This document shows positions 39,569-53,900 of a DNA stretch of 64,000 bases, in pieces. The notes beneath the pieces are model-generated. The model had not been told where the DNA came from, searched no databases, and saw only the letters and a list, made by a program, of their open reading frames with translations. Both the position numbers and the translations under genes were made by a program. The stretch is from Malacoraja senta (lineage: Eukaryota). Every line of letters starts with the position of its first letter. The first letter of the stretch is position 1. The DNA lies in contig CM075989.1 in assembly GCA_038087875.1 (NCBI GenBank), positions 8,558,001 through 8,622,000 on the forward strand. The letters are read 5' to 3'.

Positions 39569-42500
39569 AGTTCCTTTCTCTTGATATTTATTGAGAGTAT
39601 GCCGCTTGAAACCAGAGCTAATCCCAAACCCTTAGTGACCAATCATTCTGTAAAACTTATCACATTCTCGGTTGACACCAAATTTACACACAGTGAAGAA
39701 AGAGAACTTGTTCATGATGTAATTGAAACATAGGGCAAAATAAATTTATAACACAGCAGCAGCCATTCCGCTGTTCTTATGAGTGCTAATCATAAATGCA
39801 CAAACCAGCCTTATCTTACAAATATCCCTTCATCTGTATGTTCAATTACTTCTTAAATATGATGAAGGTTTCTGCCCCTCACATCCATTTCACATTGTTC
39901 CCCTTCGGATGTGCAGTCAATGCCAAGACTCGGGGAGGAGGGGGGAGGGGTGACCAGGACATGGGTGACGTTTACGGGTCGAGACCCTTCTTCAGACTGA
40001 AGTCCGTCAACGGTCTAAAGATGGGTCTCGACCCGAAACGTCAGCCATTCCATCTAAACAGAGATGCTGTCTGTCTCGCTGAGTTACTCCAGCATCTGCA
40101 GTTCCTTCCTGCACACAGTCTAGGGTCCTTCCGCTGCCGGACACTGAGGGGCAGGGTCCCTCAAACAAGGGATGGGATATCACCCTGGGGGCCACATGAG
40201 TGGCAAGAGTACTTGGTATAAGGATAGTTTGCAAATGCTACCGAATATAACACTAATAGATGTACAGACTGTGAGGATTTTGGAAGAGATTTGGCACTGT
40301 TCTTGTTTTGTGTATATTTTTTATTCTGATTAAAGTTTGGGGGTTTTTACAAAAAAGACGCTCTTTCCTCAACTTTTCCAACTCCTCCTGTAAATAACGA
40401 TGCCTGCATGAAACAAAGCATTTTGGACTGCAAAGAATCTCTCCCTCATTGCTTTTAACCACAACTGAACTTAAAATCAAATAGCAAGTGACATCAGAAA
40501 AGTCACGCCATCTCTTTATAACTGAAGGAATTAAGACAAGAAAATCTCTGTGCAGCATAACTCATGGTCATTCATCAGTGAAACTGGCATGTTATCAAAT
40601 AACAGTGAAAGAGAAGGCAAGGGTTCTGTGGAATTCTCCACAATAGGAATATCTGGGAATTGTTTGGTCTTTCGGAATTTCATGTGTAAAGCCAGTAGAG
40701 GTGTGAAGCCCCAAATTCCTGATCTTGGCGTGTCATGATCTCAAACACTAGGTGTAGGGAGTAATCGTGAGCTCTGGACAAGTGAAATGCTTTGGGCTTT
40801 CCAGTTCCGATAAAGTGGTTACGGCCAGAAATCTTAGTTCTGTTTATCATCCCACAGATGTGGACTGACCTGCTGAGTATTTTCAGCAGTTTCTGTTTTT
40901 ATTTGACTTTCCCTTCCTGGTTACTACTATTCATGGATATCTAGAGGGAAATATAACTAGGCTTGACTCCCTATTAGCCTCTGAATAGCCTGCAGGGTTA
41001 TTGTCCTATCCAAGTTGCCCAATGTTCAATAGTTCGATGAGTAAGGAGACAGAAGCCTTTCAACATTTGTGTAGCCAAATTGCCAACATGAGCTTTTATT
41101 GCCCAACAAAAGAATAACAGATGGTGGAGCCAGACACCTGGATTTGATCCAGACCTTGAGGGCTGTCTATGTGGAGTTTGCACATTCTCCCTGTGATCAC
41201 ATCGTTTTTTTCTGGGTGCTCCAGTTTCCTCCCACATCCCAAAAGATGTGCAGGTCTGTAGATTAACTGGCCACTGTAAATTGTCCCTTATGTGGATGGG
41301 AAGTGGGATAACGGAGATCCGTGTTCGATCCCAACTACGGGTGCTGTCTGTACAGAGTTTGTACGTTCTCCCTATGACTGTGTGGGTTTTCTCCGAGATC
41401 CTCTCGGTTTCCTCTCACACTCCAAAGACGTACAGGTGTGTAGGTTAATTGGCTTTGTATAAGTGTCAATTGTCTCCAGTGTGGATAGTGCTAATGTGCA
41501 GGGATCGCTGGTCGGTGCGGACTCGGTGGGCCGAAGGGCCTGTTTCCGCACTGTATCTCTAAACTAAACTGGAGTCGAAGGGCCTCTTAACTCTATACTA
41601 TAATTCTAAACAAAAACTAAATGGGAAGCTAAACATATCTTTAACAGAGCTAGAACTAAACTCGGAATGACCCACTGCATACAAATCAAAGCAACAAAAA
41701 AAAGAGGTTCCTCTGTAGATAATGATATTGATGAAATGACTTGGATATCTGCAAATTAAATATATATATTTACATTACGTTAAAAAGATAAAAGGACCAG
41801 GTTTACCTGTCATTGTTCCCGTTCATGTCAGTAGAGCTGTGATAAACATCCAAGCCATCTTGCAAGTGATCTTTTTCCTGTTACCTTTCTGTCCTTTATA
41901 CAAGTAGAATTATCCAAGTAAACATTACCCCGTTCTGGTTTGTGAATTTGGTAGTACAGAATGTTCACAAGTTATGTGCCTGCTTTGATTTGAGCCGTTT
42001 ATGATTGCTCATCCCCCGATTAAAGGATTTTTGAGTGGTTCATCCGGAGGCATATGCTGCTGACAACCTATACTCAAGTTACACCTTTCAAGTGGTTCAA
42101 TTTTCAGATAACAAGATGTTGCTTTCAGCATTGATTCCGTCCACGAATCTTAATGTTGGGTACAAATAAAACTCAAATACGTATTAATCGTGTGCTTAAA
42201 AAACAAAAATGATATTAAATGATTCTTAAATGCCCAATTCAACTACAAAGTAAGTGAGTACCAAAAAAAATAAGGAAATATATCCAGTATCCAAATTCAG
42301 GCAATTCTATTAGATGTACAATTTTAAAGTGTCTTTAATATTCACATTGTCTCCTAAGGCCACGATTCATAGTTTATCAGGAACAGGTGGTTCTGATAGC
42401 CCATTCTCACTTATACCTTTCAAGAGCCCCTTGAAGAGATTGCAATATATAATGCATTTCGCAACCACAACATTTTACAACCACTTTAGTACTTTTGCAG

Positions 42501-45157
42501 CTGTCAGCCAAGAGGCATGGCAACAAATCATTGCACAGCGATGTAGTAACAGTAGATCATCTATTTTAGTGATGCTTTTGTAAGGATAAATGATGACCAG
42601 GACACTGGGGAGCTCTCTCCTGATCTTCCTGCAATATAAAATAAAGGGTGCCTGGGGACTGAAGACAGTGGAGTATATGTGGAAGACAGAGTACAACATG
42701 CTCATGTGAATATACAGCACAATTGGCACCAACATTTGTAACAAAAACTCTTTGTATCCAATTGAGAGGACAGACAGAGCCTTGGTTTATTGTCTGGTCT
42801 TATAGATACAGCGTTGTACAGCATGGACGCACTCACAGACTTTGTTTTGAATATCAAGCACTCGTTAGTTTACCCTAATCCCAGTTTAAAACTCTACCCA
42901 CACTCCCATCAATCTCCCTCCACGTACCACCACTTATCTAAACACTGTGCTCATTTACAGCAAACATTAAACTAATGTGGAGGCAACCAGATAACTGAGG
43001 GAACCCACAGTCATAGGGTAATCGTGCAAATCACACAGAGACAGCAGCTCTGGAGGCAAGGATCGTAACCAGGTTACTACAACTGTGAGGTACCCTTGCT
43101 GCCAGCTGCTTTACCACACTGCAGCACCTACTTCATGTGTGGTTAGATCTCAGGAGTGGGATTTGGAGCCGAGAGCATAGATACTAAAATACTCAGTGTA
43201 ATTTAGTAAATGCCACCATCAAGAGGCAATGATTTAAATTGAAATCACTTGTTGAACCAACTATTGTGAGAAGAAATTGAGGCTGTTTAACACCAGCAAG
43301 CAAGGATGAATGACCATTTTCTGCTGCCCATTCATTTCATTGGGCAACAATTTAATTTCTTGAATCTTGAGTCTGAAGAAGGGTCTCGACCCAAAACATC
43401 GCCCATTCCTTCTCTCCAGAGATACTCAGGCATTTTGTGTCTGTCTTTGGTTTAAACCAGCATCTGCAGTTCCTTCCTACACAATTTAATTTCCCTATCT
43501 AGGTTCCACATACCTTGAGCTGATGCCCTATGGTTAATTGAACCCCACAATCCCACCAACCCCTCCCCACTCTGACATTGTGATCCTAGATGAAATTAGA
43601 ACTTCCCCCTAAACAGGGGAGTTCAGATTAGCAATGCCTGGGGCAACTCATGAAAGTACTGCCTCAACAAAAGACTGAGAGTAAATAGTGGCTGCCACAT
43701 CCAACAACACAGAAATGTTCTGAGAAGAGGTGAAGTGAAAATATGACACCTATACTCATTCATCACTCCTCCAACACCCTACCTTTCCTCCACTGCAGCT
43801 AGAAATGATACATGTTAGAGAGCAGTCAAGCTACTGTACCTCCCTGGAGGCCCTCCGACTATCTTTAATTGGAAATTATTTTAAAAATATTTTTCTCTCT
43901 CTTTCCCCTTATCTAAACCGTAAAACTATTTTATCTTCAAGTTTTCCCATTCTGATGAAATGTCAATTCTGGTTTGGTTTTCTTTATCCACAAATGCTGC
44001 CTGATCTGCTGGGTATTTCTAGATTTTTTTCTGTTTCCAATTTTAAATTACAGAAATGGCTTATAAACATCGTAAAGAATTATTTGGAAATATAGTCTTA
44101 GGAAATGGAAAATGGAAATCCTTGGTAGACAAAAATGCTGGAGAAACTCAGCGGGTGAGGCAGCATCTATGGAGCGAAGGAAATAGGCAACGTTTCCGGT
44201 CGAAACCCTTCAGACAGTTTCAAATTGTTTCAAAAGTCTTCTTCAGATAGTTTGAAGAAGGGTCTCGACCTGAAACGTTGCCTACTCCCTTCGCTCCATA
44301 GATGCTGCCTCACCCGCTGAGTTTCTCCAGCATTTTTGTCTACCTTCGATTTTCCAGCATCTGCAGTTCCTTCTTAAACAAAACAGAAATTCTTGACAGC
44401 TTCTAGCACAATATAGAAACAAGGAACTGAAGATGCTGGTTTACAAAAGAAGACACAGATGCTGAAATAACTCAGCAGGTCAGGCAGAATGCCTGGAGAA
44501 CATAGAGAAGTGAAGAAGGGTCCCGACCCAAAACGTCACCTATCCATGTTCTCTAGGAATGCTGCTTGACCTACTGAGTTACTCCAGCACTTTGTGTCCT
44601 TTTTTCTGGCACAGTATTTTCATAGTTGAATCAGAAATTTGCAATTAAAGTAATCTGTGCTTGAAATTCCACAATTATTTGCCCGCTCTTCCCTTATTCC
44701 ATGTGCTGGAAAAACCAGCACATTTAGCAGGGCTTGTATTCCACGGCCTGTCAACGGAAATAGCTGGCTGTCAAATGTAAGTCATCCCCTTTTAATTACC
44801 TTCATAACCTTCTTTTAGTTGTGGCAATATGTTTCAAACAAATACAACAAATATGATGTCCAACCAGAATTTTAATGCTTTAGCTTAATATTTTAATTTA
44901 ATTATTCAGACATGATAGAAAATGTTTCAAACGTATTCTATTTTGACAGGTTATGTGGCTATATATATATAATAGGCTGTGTGTGGGGTGTGTTTTTGTG
45001 TGTATTTATATATACTGTATTAAACTTTAAAGTACATTTAAACTATTATTGCTTTCAAGTGGCGATTACTTTCTTTTGAAAGTACCTCCTGCATTGCCAA
45101 AGCCTATTGCAGACAGCTCCAATTGTTTAATTTGAAACTCTCTGAATGCTGCTCTCC

Positions 45158-46272
45158 TCAGTTCGATCCAACTCTTGGTCCATGTGGGATCAATTCCACA
45201 TTAGATAGTATTCCTGCAAAGTCTCTCAAAGCTTCCAGTTCAAAGTCTATATAAGAGTTTCTCCCTTTTAGCCATGGGATCTGTTCCAACTGAGTAACCA
45301 CACTGAGCGAATGATCGAGGAGACGTTCCACCATGTCGAGCTTCTCCCCAGTCTTGTAATCTTCCAAAAATATCTTCAGATTGGAAAGGTTTTCTTCCAG
45401 CTGATAAAACATTTGGACGTAGTGATTTAATTGGTCGGCATCTTCCCATTCAGATTCTGCCATGGACAATTCTTTGTCCTCAAAGGAATATTTGTCTGGT
45501 TCAGCATTGTTATCGTTGGGGGACGAGTTTCCGGACAGTTGGCCATTGAGATCCTTTAGTACAGTGCTGCTGAGGTTAAGGATCCGAAGCAAAATGTGTT
45601 CGCTCATCTGAAGTTCTTTCTTTCTGTTGTCTGCAAATTCCTTTGGTGCTGTCGCCACCATTTTATTAAGTTTTTCCATAAGCACTGAGAGCCTGTGCTC
45701 GTGTCCATCCACAGAGGCTGCAGACATTATTTCCGCTGTCTTATTAGCTAATAACTGGTTCTGCAAATAATAATTAATCTCTTCTGCCATCTGGGTAGGC
45801 GAATCAATGGGTTCAGGTTCTCCCTTGGCCGTAATGTTTTTAGGTACACTTTCCGTTACAGCTTTGACTGTAACACTGACATTATTATTAGCCTGTGATG
45901 TGTTAACAATATCCAAAACCCCAACAAGAACAAGCCTTTCATTTGTGGACTTGGTCTCTTTGCCCGAGGATTCTTTTATAGTGACTTTCTGCGGAAGGTG
46001 GTGAAGTAAGGACTTTCCGTTGACTATTTTTAGAATGCTTCCATTTAGATATATTTTTTGCAATATGCTGTTGATTTTGGATGGCTTCTTCAGGTTGTTT
46101 TCTTGTGCTTTATAATTCTGTGTGTCGTGGGTTACTGCACTGGTGGTGTTTAACTCCTCGACATTTTTCATGGGAATGGCCTTCACTAAATTGACAAAAG
46201 TCTTGAACTGCTTTGGCGTAAGTTCTAATACTTCACTTTGATTCTGTGCGGCATCATTTGGCAAAGTATGAT
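45158..46272 (-). CDS. Large terminal exon of a putative secreted glycoprotein, SPESP1 (sperm equatorial segment protein 1)-like
   Basis: 1115-nt non-repetitive open frame after acceptor catatttctgccag (phase 1), with a TGA stop and ATTAAA at 45131-45126. It has 10 N-x-S/T sequons. Motifs NLVKAIP, NNVS..EPEP and ILLRILNLSSTV resemble human SPESP1, and it lies upstream of NOX5 on the same strand, as SPESP1 does in human. Confidence 0.75.
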
Positions 46273-49200
46273 CTGGCAGAAATATGACAATTAAATTCAT
46301 TTTCAGCAAGGGCACAATTAAAATGCAATACATATGATTCACTCAAACAATCAAAAACTATCATGCCATTATATTGCTAATTACTGACTGGTTAAAAGCA
46401 CTGGATGTAAACAGTAGCAACTTGCATTCATATTTCATCTTCAACATTTCTCAATGTTCTTGTCAGAGTGTTATCAGGCAAAAGAATTCCAATGAGGTGG
46501 TCAAGACTTTGGACTAATGATGGAGTTTTCATGGAATATATCATTGGAAGAATGAGAGGTGCAGAGTTTTATGGAGGAAATTCTAGAGTCTTGAAAGCTG
46601 AAAGTACAACCACCTGGGGTGGGACAAAAATAAAATCAGAATGGCATTAGAGGCCAGCTTTGGAGCAATGCCGACTCAGCAGAGAACAAAAAAGATTGCA
46701 GAAGAAAACAGAGATGGACTGTGGAGAGATTTGGAAACAAGAATATAAATTATAAAGTTGTTGGACTAGATGGTACCTAACTAATGGAATAGTAAAAATG
46801 TAGCCTGCTGAAGTTTCACATGCACACATCCATCTATTCGGCGGAGGGAGCCACCAAGAACAAGGAGGGACCCAGCGGGGGTGGGGGATAAGAGTTGTAC
46901 GCCGATAACAAAGAGGGACTATCGGAACTCTAATGAGTACTTTTGTAACTTTGTCAGTGCCAGATATATGGGGACCCTTTGCGTACTTTGTGTATTGTAT
47001 GCAGAAATAAAGAATTTCACTGTACCTAGGTACATATGGCACTAAAGTATTATTGAATTGAACTGAATCGTTGAATCATTGAAGGATGAGATACAAGGGA
47101 CAACACAGTGGTGCATTGGGTGGAATTGGTGCCTCACAGATCCACAATCTGTGTTCTAATCTCCAGTGCTGTCTCAGTCTCAGTGTGCAGTTTGCATCTT
47201 CTTCCCATCACCATGTTGATTCCTTCCCACATTCTAAAAAAAATGTTGCTAGAATAATTGCCTATTGTAAATTGTCCCTAGTGTGGAGGTGAGTAGTAAA
47301 ATCTAAGGAGAGTTGAGGTAAACATGAAGATATTAAGAAGAAGGAACAAGGAACTGCATTACCGGTACATCACTGGTACTATCCTCCCCACCATCAAAGG
47401 GATGGCTCAAAAAGGACCCACACCACCCTGCCCACGTTCTCATTTCACTCGTGCCATCAAGAAGGTTTAGGAATCTGAAAAACTGCAATGCCCAGTTTCA
47501 GGAACAGCTTCTTCTAACAACCAACAGGTTATTGAACATTATGAAACTCCAACTAAACTTTGATCTAGGAACTATCTTGATTGCACTAGGACTTTGGGCT
47601 TTGTTTTGTTTTGCCCAATATTGACGTTTTTATTTATTGAAATTTTATTTTGTTTGTTTATTATGTTATCTATTGGGTACTGCGTTTAGAAACTTGTTGT
47701 GCTGCTGCGGGTAAGAATGTTCATTGTTTCGTGCAGTACATATGACAATTAAAGACTCTTAACTCACTTGACTCTTGACTGAAAAATTAAGATGGAATAG
47801 AGCTGAATTTGTATAGATACATGCTTGATGGTCAGCATGGCCTCGGTGAGCCTGTTTCTATGTGGTGTTAATCTTTGACTGGCTTGGAAAATGCAGGAGT
47901 GCTGGATGAACATGCTCATAGACATTAGAACAGAAGCACCTGAATTTTGGTTGGGTTCAGGCAGAATTAGAAAACATGGAAAATAGGTGCAGGAGGAGGC
48001 CATTTTGCCCTTCGAGCCAGCACTGCCATTCATTGTGATCATGGCTGATCATCCTCAATCAATAACCAGTGCCTGCCTTCTCCCCATATCCCTTGATTCC
48101 ACTAGCCCCCAGAGCTCTATCTAACTCTCTCTTAAATCCATCCAGTGATTTGGCCTCCACTGCCCTCTGTGGCAGGGAATTCCACAAATTCACAACTCTC
48201 TGGGTGAAAATTGTGTGCAGGACTTTACATTTCACAGGTCTTACAGGGCTTGCACGCACAACCTTAATGTTATGGGGTGGATGGATGTATAACCTCAATG
48301 TGTATGTATAACCTGTATGTATAACTTCAACAGGCTACATAGGAGGGATGGAATCCCTGCTTTCCCCATCTGGCGCACACACCTGAGATGTTTATTAAGA
48401 ATAGACAATGAGTGACCAGCAATGCACTGAAATAGTCACATTTAAAGATAAGAGATAGTGATAACATTTTCTGCTGCAAATAAACTGAAGGAAGTGCATA
48501 CAATAATGTACCATACAGGTGGTAATGGAAAGGTTCGAGTTACAAACGTTAGCCCACGTTGTGGCTGTGAAGGAGCTGGTTTGACCTTCAAGAGAGGTCA
48601 GTAAAGATAATAAACCATTGGTTAAAGGACAGAGCTTGAGGCAAGTTACAATGACAATAACTCTGGTCTTCTCAATATTTTATTGGGAAATAGCATCCAA
48701 AAAACAACCAAAGCCTGTAAAATTAACCTTTGGCATAGCTTGCTGACAATGGTCTGAAGTAATTAACTGGTGAACAATACCTTGTTTAACATGTTATGCA
48801 AAGATACTCTGTATTATGGAATTCACTGGTTTTTATTTTTGACAACTAAGCATCTGCTTGCATAACCCCCACGTTTGGTGGCCATTTAGAATCTGTGGCC
48901 TCTCATGGAATTGGCCCGGTTGGAAGACATTGGTGAGATTGGAGCTTCACGACTCCACAAGGGACACTATAGTCAGGGATGAAGGACAACCACAAGTGGG
49001 ATTGGGGTGGGTGGAGTTGCATAGACCAAGGTTACATCTGTGCATTGGCTGATCTTGATTTAACAATGTGTTGATACTGTGGGCATAGGTCACTGGGTCA
49101 AAGGTAAGATTGGTACCAGTGATGGTGGGTCCCAATCTAGCTCTCTACTTTGAAGATCTGGTTGTCCACTGAGTATCTAATGATGGTCATTCCCAGGGCA

Positions 49201-49312
49201 ACTTAGTCTAATTTCTCCCACAGAGCTCTAAAAGCTGAGCTACAGGGAAAAGCATCGATGGATGCCTAAACTACACACAAATCATCGTTTAAAAAATCTA
49301 GTGGAACTTTTT

Positions 49313-49813
49313 TTTTTTTTTTTTTTTCCTTTTTAAGAAAGAAAAAGAAAGAAGTAAGAAAAGTGAAGAAAGTGCGCAAAGGTTGTGAAGTGCAAAAGAG
49401 TGTTGGGAAAAGAAAGCCCCTTAGAAAAGAAGTTAGAGAAGGAAGTAAAGTTAGAAAATAGACCCTAGAAAAGAAAGAGAAAGAAAGAAGGAACAATCGC
49501 TCTATTATAACTCTTATAACATACTTCATAGAGAAGGAACTACCAACCAAGTCTGTTTTTGTTTTACCTCCCATTACCAGGTCCAGATACCTTTTATTTA
49601 TTTATTTGTTTTTCTAAATTACTATTGCACCTCATGCTTGTAATAGGTCCAAAAACGTAGACCACGTCTTTTGAAATTGGTCTACTTTGCCTACTAGGAG
49701 GAATCTCATCTCTTCCAGATGTAATGTTTCCAACATATTTGAGGTCCACATTTTTATTGTTGGTGTGGGCGCATTTTTCCAGAATTTAAGTATAAGCTTT
49801 TTTCCCATTATTA
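49313..49813 (-). mobile_element. L1 3' fragment with TSD
   Basis: Encodes the ORF2 C-terminus (LKFWKNAPTPTIKMW...) and ends in polyA. TSD tagtggaacttttt at 49299-49312 and 49814-49827, followed by AA. Confidence 0.88.
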
Positions 49814-50022
49814 TAGTGGAACTTTTTAAAGTAGTTGGAACTTAGTCCAGAAATAGTTGCAACCTCATTCCCTGCTGAAGAAATCTCTCAGGTGCAATAC
49901 ATTGAAAGCAAAGTGCCATACAGCTGACATTCTGGGTCAACATTTCTATAGCTTGGTGTTACTACGCTATTGCAGTCTTTATGCTACTCATTGTGATTGA
50001 TGTTATAATGAAATAGTTTCAC

Positions 50023-50095
50023 CTTTTTCTTCGTTGAAATCACTTATAGCATGAAGTAATGCCATCTCAAACATCATCGATGAGATATTAATTTC
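50023..50095 (-). CDS. Candidate upstream exon of the SPESP1-like gene
   Basis: Strong acceptor ttttatcttttccag and donor AAG|gtgaaa. The 73 nt are open (EINISSMMFEMALLHAISDFNEEK) and end in phase 1, matching the 46272 acceptor. Confidence 0.5.
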
Positions 50096-53000
50096 CTGGA
50101 AAAGATAAAAAAGTTGCAAGAATTAATGCTATTTTCTAATACCGGAACCATTCTTCTAAGAGCAGAATTGGTGAATAAAAAGTTACACAACAACAAACAA
50201 TCATCCTGAATCTATACAATATATAAACATACAAAGTCCACATATTTTTACAGGCATCCTGTTCAAACATTGATCACAGAAATATACCATGTAGCTAAAT
50301 GTCAATGATACTTTATTGTAATGTGAACCTAGGTACAGTGAAATGCTTTGTTTTGCAAACAACCTGGTAAAATCATGTCACCTTGGCAGTACACAAGGGT
50401 CGTCACGTTTTGGCGCTGACAAAGATACAAAAGGTCACCAAACAGTCCCCATCTACTGCCTGCCGTTGTACGTAGTCAGCATGCTGATCGGTTGAAGGCT
50501 TACAAATGCACTTAACTCGGGAGAGACTTACAGAGATCACATGGAGAAGGGACAATCTTTGGTCCACTGTTTCACTGCTGTGGTAACTTGTTACCTGCAT
50601 CAAACAGCAAAAATGGGCTCAGTCACAGCACGATGTCTTCAACTGTTTATTTTTAAACCAATTATAACCATGCCAAGTTTAACCAACCAAGAGTGGGTGA
50701 AAAGGAAGTGGAGACAGACACAGGCACATGCAGGGAATAGAGGGATACACCCCCATGCAAGATGTCATGGTCAGCATAGTTACAGTGGGCCGAAGGGCCT
50801 GTTCCTGCTTTGTCCTGGTCTATATTAGAGGTGCGAGTTGTATTCTTCCTGGCATGGCAGTGCCCGTCAGCTCCCTTCCCCCTCCTGCATGTCATCCTCT
50901 CAAAGAATGATGGGCTTCAACTTCAATTCAGTCTCTCGTTCTTAGCCGGGTGCAGGTTCTATGGTGTGATGGTCTGTGTGAGTGCCCCACGCCAACTATC
51001 CCCTTACCTTTCAGCAAACCTTTACATTTGCCCGGGTTTACGTAACACCATGGTAAATTCTGGCAAACTGCACATAGTACTAGAAACATAGAAACATAGA
51101 AAATAGGTGCAGGAGTAGGCCATTTGGCCATTTGAGCCAGCACCGCCATTCAATATGATCATGACTGATCTTCCAAAATCAGTACCCCATTCCTGCTTTT
51201 CCCCCATATCCCTTGATTCCGTTAGCCCAAAGAGCAAAATTAACTCTCTTGAAAACATCCAGTGAATTGGCCTCCTCTGCCTTCTGTGACAGAGGAACAG
51301 GAATAAGCCTTTCAGCACTTTGAGCCTGTTCCAAGGGTCCACGAGGTTATGCACTTGGCAACAGATACTCTCCTTTGCCACATAACAAAAACATCAGAAC
51401 TTTTAAGGGAATTGGAAATCTGAGAAATAAAGCATAAAACACTGGAAATCCCCAGGGCAAGAAACTTGTACAGAACGAGATAAAGAGTTAATGTTTCAGG
51501 GCAATGACCTGTCATTACAAGTTCAAGAATTCACACTTCGTATTCAAACCAACTCTTTTCTTTGGAATATTCTACCTCACCTCCAAAAGCTTCTTACTGA
51601 GTTCCCACTTTGACACTCATATCAAACTCCACCTACCTACACTGTGGCAGTCTATGGATCAATTACAGGAATCTACAGCCACTTCCGAACACACAGAACG
51701 GGATTTTAAAAAAATCATTTTTCTGATGGTATTGCCAATTATGAATTTCACCACAATGCAATGTTCAGTAATTCAAAAAAATAGAGAATCATAGTCAAAA
51801 AGCACAGAAACAGACCCTTCAGCCCAACTATTATCTATCAATATTAACCCAATTCCCAGAGTTTGGGCCATAGCCTCATAATCTGAAGAAGGGTCCTTAC
51901 CCGACCTTCTCTCCAGAGATGCTGCCTGTCCTGCTGAATTACTCCAGCTTTTTGTGTCTATCTACATAGTGCTTGTCTAGTTCGCCTTAAATATGGAGAC
52001 ACAAGAAACTGTAGAAGTTGGAATATGGAGCAAAAACATTTTTGGGATGATGCTAGAATCTACAGCAAAGTTCTGATGGAGGGTCTCGACCTGAATCTCA
52101 ACAATTCCTTTCTCTCACAGAGATGGGGGCGCTGTTGCCTCACAGCGCCAGAGAACTGGGTTTGATCCTGCCTATGTGGAGTTTGCACGTTCTCCCTATG
52201 ACCACACGTGTTTGCTCCAGGCGCTCCAGTTTCCAATCACATCCCAAAGACGTGCAGATTTGTACGTTTATTGGTCTCTGTAAAAATTGCCCTTAATGTG
52301 TAGGAAGGGGATAAGTGGGAAAAACATAGAACTAGTATGAACGGGTGATCAATGGTTGGCATGGATTTGGTGAGGCAAAAAACTGGCTTCTCTAAACTAA
52401 ATAAATGTTGTATCGCTAAACTAAATATATGTGGCTCAATCCACTGATTTCCTCCAGCAGATTGTTTTTTGGTTCTTAAAATATGAATATAAAATTTCTT
52501 CTCTCCATCAGAAGTTTTATTAATTTATTACTGCAAATAATGTAATGATTCAAACATAATGTTGCTTTTCTCTAAAACCACTGATCATTTCCCCACAACT
52601 ATTACCCAATTATTTATCCGCTTCCTCTCTTGTTCTCTAATGTTCCCTCTTTACCATTTTTAGTTTAGAGATACAGTGTGGATACAAGTCATTTGGCGCA
52701 CCGAGTCCACACTGACCAGCGATGCCTGCACACTTACACTATCCTACACACACTATGGACAATTTTACATGCGAGCACCCGGTTCACGCAGGTCACGGGG
52801 AGAACGTACCACACAAGTCATGGGGAAAACCCACGCAGGTCACGGGGAGAACGTACAAACTCTGTACAGACAAGCACCCGTAGTCAGGATCGAACCCGGG
52901 TCTCTGCCGCTGTAAGGCGGCAACTCTACCACTGCGCCACCGTGCCGCCCTGTGTTAGGAAGTATAGTACTTCTATATTCAAAAGATGAGAGACATTTGG

Positions 53001-53809
53001 AACTCACTGCCATCAAACAACTAGTGATGCTAGATCAACTACTAATAAATCGGATCGATTTCTGTTAACTAAATACGTTACATAAGTAAGACTAAAATGC
53101 AGGGTTGGGTCATAATGGCAGAGCAAATATAAGCACAAAAATGGTGCTGATCCTGTGCTGATGTTCCCACTATTTTTCTCAGTTTTCACCTCCACTCACA
53201 ATCTACAAGTTATTTAAAACCATCGATACGAAATGCAGTGTCTTTTGATTGAGAATCCTAGGATCCAGTCAAATGCTCAGAAAACTATCAAAAACTTCAA
53301 GAGTCAAGAGTGTTAAATTATCATATGTATCAGCAATAAACCAATTAAATTATTACTTGCTGCAGCTCAGCAGGCCCATAAAAAAGGATAAAGGATAAAG
53401 GACATTTATTGTCACATACACCAATTGGTGCAGTGAAACTTGATTTACCACGCAGCACACAAATAAGATAAACACAACACTATAGAATTAAACATAAAAC
53501 AAAAAAAATACCCCCCCACAGCGGAATCAACGTTTCCCACTGTGAGGGAAGGCAACAAAGTTCAGTCTTCCTCTTGTTCACCCATGGTCGGGGCCTATAA
53601 ATGCAGTAATGTGCAGATAAATACATAATAACCAATAATATAATAAATAACATGTATGTAGATCAACTGAGTGGCCACAAGGGTCTGGCTTGCAAGAGTT
53701 CATTCACAAACAAACATTAATATGGACTCTTGTTGATAATCCAAACTAATATCCGCCCTTCAGCCATCATCACCTGGTCGTCATATCATCGCTACTTTTT
53801 AAACTTAGG

Positions 53810-53900
53810 GGTGCTTAAATTGGCTGCTGCGTTCCCCATGTAACAGTGACTGTAAATCAGAAGGATTGCATTAGCTGTAAACCACTTTGAGATGTCCTGA
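53810..53900 (+). mobile_element. Old Deu-domain SINE (SacSINE1/AmnSINE1-like) remnant; possible others at ~9050-9300(-) and 42460-42800(-)
   Basis: aaattggctgctgcgttcc...aacagtgact...ctgtaaaccactttgagatgtcctga resembles the recalled 3' part of Deu-SINEs. Confidence 0.4.

Noticed and set aside
46273..46342. Hydrophobic start of the 394-aa ORF (MYCILIVPLL...) as a signal peptide
   Set aside because: It coincides with the pyrimidine tract and AG acceptor at 46273, so it is more likely intronic, though not excluded.
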